A DNA stretch of 64,000 nucleotides from Candidatus Latescibacterota bacterium (lineage in GTDB: Bacteria; Latescibacterota; UBA2968; UBA8231), in assembly GCA_965203355.1 (NCBI GenBank), contig OZ241889.1, positions 1,120,001 through 1,184,000 on the forward strand. Reading direction: 5' to 3'. The number at the start of each line of letters is the position of its first letter. Within the stretch, counting starts at the first letter, position 1. Position numbers and translations under genes: made by a program. The notes under the pieces are model-generated. The model did not search any database, was not told the origin of the DNA, and saw nothing but the letters and a program-made list of their open reading frames with translations. Below are positions 18,415 through 29,300 of this stretch, piece by piece.

Positions 18415-20970
18415 ATGCACAATATATTGCTCGATTTACTCATCTTGCTCGCCGGGATTTGGCTGGTGGCCGTGACCTTGCGGCCGCTGGGCCTGCCGAC
18501 GGTGATGGGCGAATTGATCGTCGGAGTCTTGGTCGGGCCGGCGGTTTTCGGCTGGATCGAGCCGGACGAGGCCATTCAGTTGTTGGCCGAGATCGGCATC
18601 TTCTTTCTGATGTTCCACGCTGGGGTGGAGACCCAACCTAACGAGTTTTTCGACGCGCTCAAGCGCTCGCTGGGGGTGGCGCTTGCCGGGGCGGCCGTGC
18701 CCTTTGCCGTCAGCTTTGCGGTAGCCCAATTCTTCGGGCTGGATCTGGCGGCCTCCATCTTTGTGGGGCTGATCATCGGAACCGCTACCGCCGTCGTAAT
18801 CACCCTCAAAAGCCTCAAGGACTTGGGGCTGACCGATACCCGCATTGCGCGGATCATCATCGCTAGCTGCATCATCAACGACCTTTTGACCTTGATCTTT
18901 TTTAGCCTAGTAACTGGCGCGCTCTCCAGCGGCACCTTTGCTCCCTTGGACTTAGTAATCAACTTGGGCAAAGTGGTGGGTTTCTTCGCGGTCGCGCTGC
19001 TGTTGGGCACCTTTGTCTATCCCCGCCTCACCCTGCCCTTCCGCGCCGAAGGCGGCAAGGGCTTCACCTTTGTGCTGCTGGCCGCCATTGCCGCCGGTCT
19101 TTTTGCCGAGGCCATTGGGCTGCACATGATCTTGGGGGCCTACTTGGCGGGTCTGTTCTTTGAGGAGCGCGTCGCCCACCCCAACCTAGTCCGGGTGGTG
19201 AACGACCGCGCGTACGGCATTGCCTATTCGTTCCTTGGGCCAATTTTCTTCATCTCACTGGGCTTTTCCATTTCGTTTGACATCAGCGCGTCGGGTGTGG
19301 CGTTTATCGCGCTTTTAGCGGTGACGGTCATCTCTGGGCAGGTGCTCAGTGCCGGTGGTATGGCGCGGCGCATTGGCATGTCTTGGCGCGAGGCGCTGAC
19401 GGTGGGCGTGGGCATGTGCGGTCGCGCTGAGATGGCGTTTATCCTGGCCGCGCTGGCTTTAGCTCAAGGAGTCATCGGTCAGGAGACCTTTAGCGTTTTG
19501 ATCTTCACCGCATTCCTGTTAAATCTTTTCACGCCGCTGGCACTCAAGGGCTGCGCTGTGCTCCTAAAAGGCCGGGTGGCGCATGGGGGAGACACCAATC
19601 TCGGGGTGTTGCAGATCGACAAGTTCAACACCCCACTCGTCGATGAAAACCTAGCGGACCGCGCCCTGCCCGCGGTGGAGGACGCGGTGGTCATCTATGG
19701 ATACGGGCCAGAGGTCGAGACCCTAATAGACGAGCTGGCCAGTCGGCATTTGCCAATGGTGGTCATCGAAGAGGACGAGGCGACCGTGCGGCAACTCCAG
19801 ACGAGCTCTGAGGTACAGGTCGTCCAGGCACACCTAGCAGGGGAGACGCTGGACCTGCGGCCGTTGACCAAGGCCAAGGCGCTGGTGGCCAACGGCCCAG
19901 ACGACGACAACGCCCTGTTCGCGCTCAGTGCCCGCGAGGCCGGTTTTGCCGGTCCCATTGTGGCGATGATCGAACATCCCCAGCGCCGCGGCCCCATGCT
20001 GCTGGCGGGCGCGACCACAGCCTTTACCCCCAACCACGTTCTCGCGGCGGCGATCGCGGTCCGCGCCAGCGCGAAGATCGGGCCGCGAGTGGCCGGGGTT
20101 GAGCCGCTCGACTCGTTGCTCGAAGTGGCCGAACTGCGCGTTCACGACCAAAGCCCGCTCGCCAATCGCAGCTTGGCCGAGACCGAGCTATACACTCGGA
20201 CTGGTGCCCATATCGTCGGGCAATGGGCAGACGACGCGCTCGGCTCGCCACCAGCCGCCGGTGAAAAGCTCCAGCCCGGCGCCATTTTGGTGGCGGTCGG
20301 TACGCCCGAGAGCATTCACAGGTTGAACGACATGGCCCGGCCGATTACTCAGCAGGGGCCGATTGTGGTGATTGGTTTTGCCGATGTCGGGCAAAAGCTG
20401 GTCGAGATTCTCCGGGCGGCGGGCGAGGATGTGCGGGTCGTTGATGCGGTTGAAAGCACGGGAGTCGATGTGGTCGGCGATGTGCTCGACGTGCGCGTTT
20501 TGGACCGTGCGGCCATTGCCGAGGCGCGGGTTGTCATCCTCGCCCTAGACAGCGACGGGGCCGCCCTGTTTGCGGCGGCGGTGGTGCGCGACCACGTCCC
20601 GGAGATTCCGCTGTTGGCCTGCGTGTCCCACGTTGAAAACGCCGACCGGGTGCAGCGGGCTGGTGCTGATTTTGCGCTCTCGGTCAGTCAGGTCGCCGGC
20701 CAGTTGCTGGTCCACCACGTCCTCGGCGAGATGGTTTCGCACAAGCCCCGGATCAAAATGGTCAAGCTGCGGCCCGGCCCCTTGGCCGGGTGGCATCCGC
20801 TGGCGGCGCGCATCCGCGAGCGCACGGGCTGCTCGGTGGTGGCACTCGAGCGGGCTGGCGAGGTAATCATGGAGATCCCGGCTTCGTTCACCCTCTTGCC
20901 CGACGACGCGCTCTACATCTGCGGTACGCCCGCGGCCTTTGACCGCTACTACGAGGAATTTCCGACTTAG
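18415..20970 (+). CDS. CPA2 cation:proton antiporter with two TrkA-N/TrkA-C (RCK) pairs
   Basis: KefB-like TM region (GELIVG, LGAYLAG, GRAEMA) followed by IYGYG and VIGFADVG RCK domains. Confidence 0.85.
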   Translation: MHNILLDLLILLAGIWLVAVTLRPLGLPTVMGELIVGVLVGPAVFGWIEPDEAIQLLAEIGIFFLMFHAGVETQPNEFFDALKRSLGVALAGAAVPFAVSFAVAQFFGLDLAASIFVGLIIGTATAVVITLKSLKDLGLTDTRIARIIIASCIINDLLTLIFFSLVTGALSSGTFAPLDLVINLGKVVGFFAVALLLGTFVYPRLTLPFRAEGGKGFTFVLLAAIAAGLFAEAIGLHMILGAYLAGLFFEERVAHPNLVRVVNDRAYGIAYSFLGPIFFISLGFSISFDISASGVAFIALLAVTVISGQVLSAGGMARRIGMSWREALTVGVGMCGRAEMAFILAALALAQGVIGQETFSVLIFTAFLLNLFTPLALKGCAVLLKGRVAHGGDTNLGVLQIDKFNTPLVDENLADRALPAVEDAVVIYGYGPEVETLIDELASRHLPMVVIEEDEATVRQLQTSSEVQVVQAHLAGETLDLRPLTKAKALVANGPDDDNALFALSAREAGFAGPIVAMIEHPQRRGPMLLAGATTAFTPNHVLAAAIAVRASAKIGPRVAGVEPLDSLLEVAELRVHDQSPLANRSLAETELYTRTGAHIVGQWADDALGSPPAAGEKLQPGAILVAVGTPESIHRLNDMARPITQQGPIVVIGFADVGQKLVEILRAAGEDVRVVDAVESTGVDVVGDVLDVRVLDRAAIAEARVVILALDSDGAALFAAAVVRDHVPEIPLLACVSHVENADRVQRAGADFALSVSQVAGQLLVHHVLGEMVSHKPRIKMVKLRPGPLAGWHPLAARIRERTGCSVVALERAGEVIMEIPASFTLLPDDALYICGTPAAFDRYYEEFPT

Positions 20971-21791
20971 CTTTTGGGTGGATAGGCTCGGAACAAATCC
21001 CGCTGTGCTTCGGTGAGGCGGGCGAAGGTCTGTGGGGTGATGTGCTGTTTTTCGTCCATGGTGGCGATGTTTTGCGACATCATCCAATGCGGCCCATAGC
21101 CCACGTGCAGGGTCTTGCGCGTCTGCTCGGAGTGGTTGGTGAAGCCGCCGTGGCGCAAGTTTTCGGTGAAAAGGATCGCGTCGCCGGCCTCGACCGCTAG
21201 ACCGATCATGTCGGGGTCTTCGTCCGGGTCGTTGCTGTGAGGCGAGGGCAGGTTGGTCTTGTGCGTCCCCGGCACCACGCAAAAGGCCCCCTGTTCGTTG
21301 GTGCAGTCGTGGATAAAATAGATCATCCGCACCATCATGCAGTCAATGCCGTGGGCGGTGTAGCTATAGCGGTACTTTGGGCTGGCCGAGACCGTGCCGC
21401 CGTGGGAGCCGGTGGCGTTGCCTTGGTAGCGGATGCGGATTTCGGAGTTGTTGATCGTCGGCCGCTGTTTGACGATGCCGTGGATGTAGTTCATCGTAGG
21501 TTGGTGAGCGAGCAAGATGTCAAAGGCCGGGTTGGCGTTCCAGAAGTCTTCGATGATGAGGGTTTTGCCCTCGGCCCGCTCGCCGTTGGCGTGATAGCCA
21601 CGCTCGGGATTGGCGTGGTAGTTGGCTCCCCAGCCGCTTTGCTTGCGCGGTGGCTGGGTCACATGCGCGAGCGCGTGTTCTTCTAATTCATCCACGGCCG
21701 CGGCCAGCACGGCCACTTGGGTTTCGTTCAGCAACTGTTCAATGACGATGTAGCCTTGGCGGTCGAATTCAAAGGTTTCGATTTCGTTCAC
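20967..21791 (-). CDS. PhyH family Fe(II)/2OG enzyme
   Basis: FDRQGY, GAFCVVPGTHK, AGDAILF, HGG and RKTL motifs. Confidence 0.85.
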   Translation of the reverse strand: MNEIETFEFDRQGYIVIEQLLNETQVAVLAAAVDELEEHALAHVTQPPRKQSGWGANYHANPERGYHANGERAEGKTLIIEDFWNANPAFDILLAHQPTMNYIHGIVKQRPTINNSEIRIRYQGNATGSHGGTVSASPKYRYSYTAHGIDCMMVRMIYFIHDCTNEQGAFCVVPGTHKTNLPSPHSNDPDEDPDMIGLAVEAGDAILFTENLRHGGFTNHSEQTRKTLHVGYGPHWMMSQNIATMDEKQHITPQTFARLTEAQRDLFRAYPPKS

Positions 21792-22022
21792 GTGTTGTTC
21801 CTCCTCGTTATTGGAACCATCGCGCTTTAGGCGTCCGAATATCAGTCGGTGGTCGTCGCCATACGGACGCCGCCTCTAGGCCCTGCAAACTGCAAGTAGG
21901 TCGCCAACGGGTCTGGGGATGCAAGGGTGGGCATTTCACTCGACGATCATGGGGTGATCTGCGCGTACAGGGCAACAGTAGCGCGACGCTCCGCCCCTGT
22001 CAACCGGCTCTGCCGCAGCATC

Positions 22023-22051
22023 TTGACAATACAGTTGGGGGATTCTATTTT
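22023..22051 (+). promoter_or_regulatory. Sigma70-type promoter of the tRNA
   Basis: TTGACA-17 nt-TATTTT. Confidence 0.6.
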
Positions 22052-22077
22052 TTGGGACTGAGCTGAAAACAAATTTT

Positions 22078-22153
22078 GGCCCGTTCGTCTAGAGGCCTAG
22101 GACGCCGGCCTCTCACGCCGGTAACACGGGTTCGAATCCCGTACGGGCTACCA
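22078..22153 (+). tRNA. tRNA-Glu (CTC)
   Basis: Acceptor stem GGCCCGT/ACGGGCT, anticodon arm ccggc-ctCTCac-gccgg, GGTTCGAATCC T-loop, encoded CCA. Confidence 0.97.
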
Positions 22154-22161
22154 ATTATTTT

Positions 22162-22197
22162 CCCCAGGTTGGCTACGCTGACTTGGGGTTTTCTTTT
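22162..22197 (+). terminator. Terminator after the tRNA
   Basis: ccccaggtt/gacttgggg stem plus ttttctttt. Confidence 0.6.
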
Positions 22198-22384
22198 GCC
22201 AGTCCGCTAGGCCGCCGCGACTTATGGAAGACGACGCTAGCTCAGCATCCGCATTTGATTTCGGTCCCGGACTGGGCCTTGTCGCCAGCGGTAGCGTTTC
22301 CACCAGTCGAGTCCGCCGATTAATTCGCGCACGAGTAGGCGACAGGCGGGCGTTATGCCGTGTGAAACGCAGGCCCACCCGCTC

Positions 22385-23140
22385 TCAACCTCGCCCGACA
22401 AACGGCATTTTCGTCGCCATGATGGTCATAAACAGCACATTGGTGTCCAGCGGCAGTTCGGCCATCTGCACGACGGCGCGGGCCACGTGGGCGACTTCAA
22501 AGCGCGGCTCGACGAGCTTGGAGCCATCGGCCTGCGGTACGCCATCGCTCATCCGCTGCGTCATATCGGTCGCTGCGTTGCCAATGTCGATCTGGCCGCA
22601 GGCAATGTCGTATTTGCGTCCGTCGAGCGAGGTCGATTTGGTGAGTCCGGTAATGGCGTGTTTGGTGGCGGTATAAGGGGCGGAATTGGGTCGCGGGGCC
22701 GCGGCTGAGACCGAGCCGTTGTTGATGATCCGCCCGCCGCGAGGGGCTTGATCCTTCATAAGGCGGAAGGCCGCTTGAGTGCAGAGGAAGGGGCCCGTCA
22801 GGTTGACGGCGACGACCTTCTGCCACTGCTCGTATGCGAGATCTTCCAACAGCACGGCTGGTGCTCCGGCCCCGGCGTTGTTGAACAGCACGTCGAGCCG
22901 GCCAAAGTGCTCGGCGACTTGGGCGAACAGCGCGTCAACGGCTTGGGGATCGCCGACGTCGGTGGGCACCGGCAACATGCGGGCATCCGTTCCCGCTAGC
23001 GCGGCCGTTTCCGCTAGGGCCGCTCGCCGCCGGCCCGCTAGGGCAACCGCATAGCCAGCCTCGGCCAAGGCCAAGGCACTGTGGCGACCGATGCCGCTGC
23101 CGGCCCCGGTGACGAGGGCGACTTTTGTACGCGCTTTCAT
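22385..23140 (-). CDS. SDR family oxidoreductase
   Basis: [12 protein letters not shown] and YTATK motifs. Confidence 0.92.
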   Translation of the reverse strand: MKARTKVALVTGAGSGIGRHSALALAEAGYAVALAGRRRAALAETAALAGTDARMLPVPTDVGDPQAVDALFAQVAEHFGRLDVLFNNAGAGAPAVLLEDLAYEQWQKVVAVNLTGPFLCTQAAFRLMKDQAPRGGRIINNGSVSAAAPRPNSAPYTATKHAITGLTKSTSLDGRKYDIACGQIDIGNAATDMTQRMSDGVPQADGSKLVEPRFEVAHVARAVVQMAELPLDTNVLFMTIMATKMPFVGRG

Positions 23141-23174
23141 TTTTCATCTCCTTGAATTTGAAGGGTGGCTCTAA

Positions 23175-23300
23175 GAAGCGTTTTTAAGATTCCTCTTATG
23201 GCCCTTTGCGTTAAAAAAGAACCTAGTAGCAATGGAGTCTCGCCCGCGGAAAACGCCCGACCGCTTTTGCCGTGCTCGACGAGAATTTTAAAAAGGCTTC
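23175..23300. mobile_element. MITE copy 3, opposite orientation
   Basis: Same TIRs and TAA flanks. Its junction forms the glcB stop codon. Confidence 0.75.
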
Positions 23301-25486
23301 TAAGCGGTTCGTCGGGTGGCTTTTGCCTCTCGCCGCCGCTTGTGCAACACGTTTTCCGTGTATCCGTTCGGCTCGGTGCGCCCGTTGAATACCAAGTCCA
23401 GTGCTGCTTGGAATTCGACGCTGGTGTCGAGGTTGGGTGCCATAGGGCAGTACGCGGGGTCGCCGCTGTTTTGCGCATCTACTACGGTTGCCATGCGAGC
23501 AAAGGTCGCCCGCACCTGCGCTTCGTTAGTGATCCCGTGGTGCAACCAGTTGGCGATGTGCTGGCTGGAAATTCGCAAGGTGGCGCGGTCTTCCATTAGG
23601 CCGATGTGGTTGATGTCCGGCACCTTGGAGCAGCCAATGCCCTGGCCGACCCAACGCACCACGTAGCCTAAAATGCCCTGGGCGTTGTTGTCTAACTCTC
23701 GCTGAATTTCCGCGGGGCTGAGCGGGTGATCGAGCACTGGCGGGCTGAGGATCGCGCCGAGTGAGGCCCGCGCTCGTCCGGCTAGCTGGCCGAGGCGGTC
23801 GAAGACATTGACTTGGTGGTAGTGCAGCGCGTGCAGGGTGGCGGCCGTGGGCGAGGGGACCCAAGCCGTTGTCGCGCCAGCTTGGGGGTGGCCGATTTTG
23901 GTCTCTACCATGTCGCGCATTCGCTCTGGCATGGTCCACATTCCCTTGCCGATCTGCGCTCGTCCCACTAAGCCGGTTGCCATGCCAATATCGACATTCC
24001 AGTCTTCATAGGCGCTGAGCCAAGGTTGATCTTTGATTTTTAGCTTGGGCAACATGGGGCCGAGCTCCATGCTGGTGTGGATCTCGGCGCCAGTGCGGTC
24101 GAGAAAGCCCGTGTTGATGAAGACGACGCGTTCGGCAGCGCAGCGGATGCACTCGCTGAGATTGACCGTGGTGCGGCGCTCTTCGTCCATGATGCCGATT
24201 TTTAGCGTATTGTGCGCCAGCCCGAGCGCCGCTTCCACTCGCGTGAAAAGCTCGACGGTCGCGGCGACTTCGTCCGGCCCGTGCTGTTTGGGTTTTACCA
24301 CATAGACGCTGCCGATCTTGCTGTTGCGGTAGCGGCCGCGGCCCTTGAGGTCGTGGATCGCCGCTAAGCTGATGACCATGGCGTCGAGAAACCCCTCGGG
24401 GATTTCCGCGCCGTCGGCCGTGGTCACCGCGTCTGTGTACATGTGGATGCCAACGTGGCGCACGAGCAACAAGCTGCGTCCGGGCAGGGTCAAGGTGTGG
24501 CCGTTGGGGGTGGTAAAGGTGCGGTCGGCGCACAAGCGGCGCGTCCGGGTCTGCCCGTCCTTGACAAAGGTTGCCTCCAGTGTGCCCTGCATTAGGCCGT
24601 TCCAGTTGCCATAGACGAGGACTTTGTCCTCGGCATCGACCGCCGCCACGGAATCCTCGCAATCTTGGATGGTGGTAATGGCCGCTTCTAAGAGCACGTC
24701 TTTGACGCCAGCGGGGTGCGTGCGTCCAATGGGATGGCTGCGGTCGATTTGGATTTCGATGTGCAATCCGTTATGGCGGAGCAAGACGCTGCTCAGTGGG
24801 CTGCTCTCGCATCCATAGCCGACGAATTGCCCGGCGTCTTTGAGGCCGACTTCGGCGCCGCTTGCGAGGCGGGCGCGCAAGGTTTGTCCGCCAGCGTCCT
24901 CGCGCAGGAAAAACGCCACCACTTCCCGGTGCGATCCTTGTTGGAGGCTGGCGACCGCGTCGAGAAACGCCTCGCTGCGTGCGATGACTTGGGCACCGCG
25001 CTCGGCGTCGTACTCTGCGCTCGCCGCGCCGGGTATCACATCCGTGCCGTACAGGGCGTCGTACAAGCTACCCCAGCGCGCATTTGCCGCGTTGAGCGCG
25101 TAGCGCGCATTGTCCACTGGGACGACTAGCTGGGGGCCGGCTAGAGCGGCGATTTCCGGGTCGGTGTTTTCCGTGCGGATCGGCTGGGCGTCGCCCGTGG
25201 GCAGCAAGTAGCCGATTTCTTGGAGAAAGGCCCGGTAATTTGTGGGGTCTAACGGCTGGCCGCGCCGCTGTTGGTGATAGGCGTCGATCTGGGCCTGCAA
25301 GGCGTCGCGCCGCTGAAGTAGCTTTCGATTCTTTGGCCCCAAGTCTTGGATGATCTTCTCCAGCGCCGCCCAGAAGTGATCGACATCCACGTCCGTCCCG
25401 GGTGCGATTTGCTCGGCGACGAGGGCGTATAGCCGTTGATCAATGTGTAGTCCGCCGCGGACGATTTTTCTTGTTTGTTCTGCCAT
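23300..25486 (-). CDS. glcB: Malate synthase G
   Basis: [41 protein letters not shown] and [13 protein letters not shown] motifs. Confidence 0.97.
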   Translation of the reverse strand: MAEQTRKIVRGGLHIDQRLYALVAEQIAPGTDVDVDHFWAALEKIIQDLGPKNRKLLQRRDALQAQIDAYHQQRRGQPLDPTNYRAFLQEIGYLLPTGDAQPIRTENTDPEIAALAGPQLVVPVDNARYALNAANARWGSLYDALYGTDVIPGAASAEYDAERGAQVIARSEAFLDAVASLQQGSHREVVAFFLREDAGGQTLRARLASGAEVGLKDAGQFVGYGCESSPLSSVLLRHNGLHIEIQIDRSHPIGRTHPAGVKDVLLEAAITTIQDCEDSVAAVDAEDKVLVYGNWNGLMQGTLEATFVKDGQTRTRRLCADRTFTTPNGHTLTLPGRSLLLVRHVGIHMYTDAVTTADGAEIPEGFLDAMVISLAAIHDLKGRGRYRNSKIGSVYVVKPKQHGPDEVAATVELFTRVEAALGLAHNTLKIGIMDEERRTTVNLSECIRCAAERVVFINTGFLDRTGAEIHTSMELGPMLPKLKIKDQPWLSAYEDWNVDIGMATGLVGRAQIGKGMWTMPERMRDMVETKIGHPQAGATTAWVPSPTAATLHALHYHQVNVFDRLGQLAGRARASLGAILSPPVLDHPLSPAEIQRELDNNAQGILGYVVRWVGQGIGCSKVPDINHIGLMEDRATLRISSQHIANWLHHGITNEAQVRATFARMATVVDAQNSGDPAYCPMAPNLDTSVEFQAALDLVFNGRTEPNGYTENVLHKRRREAKATRRTA

Positions 25487-25757
25487 GATTTGCTCCGTTT
25501 AATTTTGCCGAGCAAGAGTATAACTATCTTGCGGCGTGTGCAACCAGTGGGCAGGATTGGCTAGCTTGTAGGCGCGAGCGCATGACAACGCTATCGCAGG
25601 AGGCGACCATGCCAACGCACCTTTGACTGCGAGCCGGAGGTCCTCGCATCGAAAATCAGCTCGGGGCGTCGGATGGCTTTGACGCGGAGGAAGGCTTGGC
25701 GGCGAGACAATATGGATGGGTATGTGCGTTGAATGGTCGGCGGGGACACGGACGTTA

Positions 25758-26318
25758 ATCCCAGAACATCGGGGTCCCATTTTCGTAACTCGCGGTGTCG
25801 TGGGTGCTACTTGAGCAGTAGCATCTTCTGCACGGCGAGGAAATCGCCGCCCGCTTGCAAGCGGGCCGGTAGGCGGGCGATCTGAACGTTCATAAGGAAA
25901 AGAAAATGGGACCCCAGGAAACTGAGGTCCCATTTCCGTAACTTGCGGTGTCGTGGGTTTTACTTGAGCAGCAGCATCTTCTGGACGGCGAGGAACGCTT
26001 CGCCGACCTGCAAGCGGGCCTGTAAGCTGTCGATCGGACGTTCATAAGAAAATGGGACCCCAGAACATCGGGGTCCCATTTCCGTGCCTTGCGGTGTCGT
26101 GGATGTTACTTGAGCAGCAGCATCTTCTGGACGGCGAGGAACGCTTCGCCGACCTGCAAGCGGGCCGTAGGCTGTCGATCTGACGTTCACAAGGAAAAGA
26201 AAATGGGACCTCAAACCGAAAATTGAGGTCCCATTTTCGTGCCTTGCGGTGTCGTGGGTGCTACTTGAGCAGCAGCATCTTCTGGACGGCGAGGAAATCG
26301 CCGCCCGCTTGCAAGCGG
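25758..26318 (-). repeat. Tandem units of ~150 bp (gene 3' end + stop + hairpin + linker), 4 copies
   Basis: Stops at 26261, 26106, 25960 and 25807, giving periods of 155, 146 and 153 bp. Confidence 0.92.
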
Positions 26319-29300
26319 TAGAAATACATCCCCGACGACACGCTCTGGCCGCTGTCGTTGGTCGCGTCCCATTCCACCGCGTAGCGACCGGCACTCTGAT
26401 GCTCGGCGACCAGCGTCCGCACTGGCTGACCCAACACGTTATATACGGTCAGTGCCACGTCCGCCGCTTGCGGCAACGCATACTGAATCGTCGTCTGCGG
26501 GTTGAACGGGTTCGGATAGTTGGTCGCCAGCGAGAACACGGCCGGGCGCGTCTGCACCGACACCGGCGCGGGCAAGGCCAGCCGGTTGAAGCCCAATGCC
26601 TGGTCCCAGGTCCGGTTGTCGGTGATTTCGAGGGTCGTGTGCTCGATCTCGGTCGTCGGCCGGAAGACCAAGCGCAACATCAACTCGCCGTCGGCAACGA
26701 CGTCGCCGTGCGTGGCCACCGTCAACACGCCCGCTTCGGCCAGCACCTGCGGCGTAGCGAATGCGCTCCCACCCAGCGGCTGATCGGTCTGCGCCTCAAC
26801 GAAGGTCAACTGATCGGCGTCATAGGCTATCTGCAAGCCGTAGCCCTTGACCGCCACGAAGTCGGCCAGTCGCACATTAACGACGAAATCCTCTCCCACG
26901 CTCGGCAGGGCTGTCGGCGCATCCAGATACAGCCGCGCATCCGCATTCAGCCCGGCCTGCAACGCCACCGGCTTACCAGCTCCGCTGTTGAACCGACCGA
27001 ACAACGAATCGAGGTCGACGAAATCCAGCATCGCGTTGATTGTAATTGTGAACCTCAGCGAGACGCTTTCGGCGCCAGCCGTTGCCGTGTAGGTGACTTC
27101 AACGGCCCCATCGGTCGCCGCGTCCGGTGTGCCCGAAATCGTCCGGGTCGCCGCGTCAAACGACAGCCCCGCTGGCAGACCCGACACGCTATACGTGATG
27201 GAACCTTCGTCGCCCATCGCCATCGGCAGGACCAGCGGCGTAATCGCCGTGCCCTCCGTGTAGGTGTGTGCGGCGACCGAAGTGCCCTCGACGAAAGCCA
27301 AGGAGCTCGTCGTATCCTCATCGCCATCCATATCGCCGTCCATCATGCCGCTATCCATGTCGGTCAGCACGAGTGTCGCCGAACCCGCTGTCAAGCCCGG
27401 CAGCATCGCGTTGAGGATGATCGTCTCGTCGCCCTCGGCCATGCTGTCGGCTGTCGGATCAACCAACAGGCGCGTCGAACCCATAATCGAACCGGCCGCA
27501 ATGGTAATCGTCGGATCGAACAGGGCCGAGTAGTCCGTGTCGCGCAGGGCACTCGAAGCCGCCTCATCAATCGCGACGGTCGCCGTGGCATCTTCGGCCA
27601 ACGGCTTGCCGTCCAGTGCGGCCATGACCATCACTTCCGTCAATTCCGCTGACTCGCTGAGCGCGCTCGGCGTCACCGACAGCACCAAAGACGTGCTCGG
27701 CGTTTCATCGTCGGAAATCCGCAAGTCCACCTGCCCCCAACCGCCCGAAGCCGCCGCCCGAATACCCAAGAACTTATGACCGTCCGCCGAAGCGTTGTCA
27801 ATCGGCGACAGGAAAAGCGTCGTCCAACCCGCCTTTTCCCCGGCCGCAATGGTGATCGTCCCGGCTAACGCCGCCGTGTAATCCACGTCGCGAGTGGCCA
27901 TCGCGCCGCTGGCCGGCGGCACAATCGTGAAGCGGACCGTCTCGGTCGCCGGTGCCGCGCCCGACAAGGTCGCCGTAACCCGGATTTCGGTCGTCTCGCC
28001 ATTTTCGCGCACGGCCGACTGCGAAGCCATCACGCTGGCGACGCCCACGGTGACCGGCGCGGCCTCGCTGATGGTGATGGTGATGGTTTTTGCCCGGGCA
28101 TTGTCGGCGTCATCAAACGCCATATAGACGACCGAGGCCATGCCTGCCAGCGTCGGCGTCCCGGAAAGCGTCCGCGTCGCCGCGTCAAACGACAGCCCCA
28201 TCGGCAGGCTCGACGAGACCCGGTACCGCAGCGTTCCTTGGCCGCCCGTCGCCGCCGGCAACACCTCGCTGAACGCCTGACCTACCGTCGCTTCAAAGGC
28301 TAATGCGGCCGCACCGAAACTCGGCCCTCCCGTGGCCGCGGGCGTATCCGAAGAACCAGAATCATCCATCTTCGCCGCGTCTTTCAGCGTGATCTTCGCA
28401 GTGCTGACCGTGATCTTGTCTTCGTCTTGGTTCTTGAGATTGTCCGTCAACTGCTTGATCGTGATCGTCTCGTCGTTGTCGGCGGTCCCATCGTTGACCG
28501 GCGTGATCGTGATCGTCGTTGAGCCGGTGATCGCGCCGCGTGGAATCGTCAGCGAGCTAAGCGCTGCCGTGTAATCCACGTCCCGCGTCGCCGACTTGTC
28601 CGGCGTCCGATCCACGACCAACGTGATCGTCGCATTCGCGTCGAGCACTTTGCCGTTTAACGTGCCCGTCACCGTGACCGTCGTTGCTCCGGCGTCCTCT
28701 TTGATTTCGCTCGGATTGACCGACAGCGTAATGTCATCGCTCAGCGTCTCATCGTCCGTGATCTCGAACGGCGCATCCTTCATCTGAGATGCGTCATCGC
28801 CGACTTTCGCTTGCACCGTGAACGTCCACGGATTATTCACACCGCTGTTGTCGACCGGCGTGACGCGCAGCATGGCCGTGCCTTTGGTGTCGCCGGCCGG
28901 GATCGTCAAGCCTTCAATCACCTCCACTTCGTAATTCACATCGCGCGTCCCGGAAGAACCCGGTGTAATCTGGAAGTCCACCGCCTTCGCGCCGGTCAAG
29001 GCTTTTTCCAATTCAACTGTCATCGCAACGTCGGTCGCGCCAGCGGCCTCGCGGATCGTCGCCGGACTCAGCGTAAAATTCTTGATCTGCGCGACGGCGA
29101 CGTCCTCGACCGTGATGGTGGCGGGGCTGAACTTAATGGCGGCAGAGACAAAAGAGTCCGCATACTTTAAGGTGGTCAACGCATCACTGAAGTCACCATC
29201 GCCGTTAAAGTCGATACCAAGAAAGAGGGCCTTTCTATTAGCCCAAGGACGCTGCGTGTCCGTTTTATGGAAAAGGTAAGGACCTATATCCGTTAATACG

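Noticed and set aside
22078-22153. tRNA-Glu as an island integration site
   Set aside because: No duplicated tRNA 3' end or integrase was seen in the window.
25598-25757. AGGAGG-ATG ORF with an early TGA (selenocysteine or read-through)
   Set aside because: No Cys/Sec redox context or recognisable product. More likely a remnant or chance.
25758-26318. CRISPR array or DGR template
   Set aside because: The whole ~150-bp unit is repeated with no unique spacers. There is no cas or reverse transcriptase gene in the window and the differences are not adenine-specific.
26249-27652. 467-aa plus-strand ORF and similar long overlapping ORFs
   Set aside because: Antisense shadows caused by high GC3 of the real genes.
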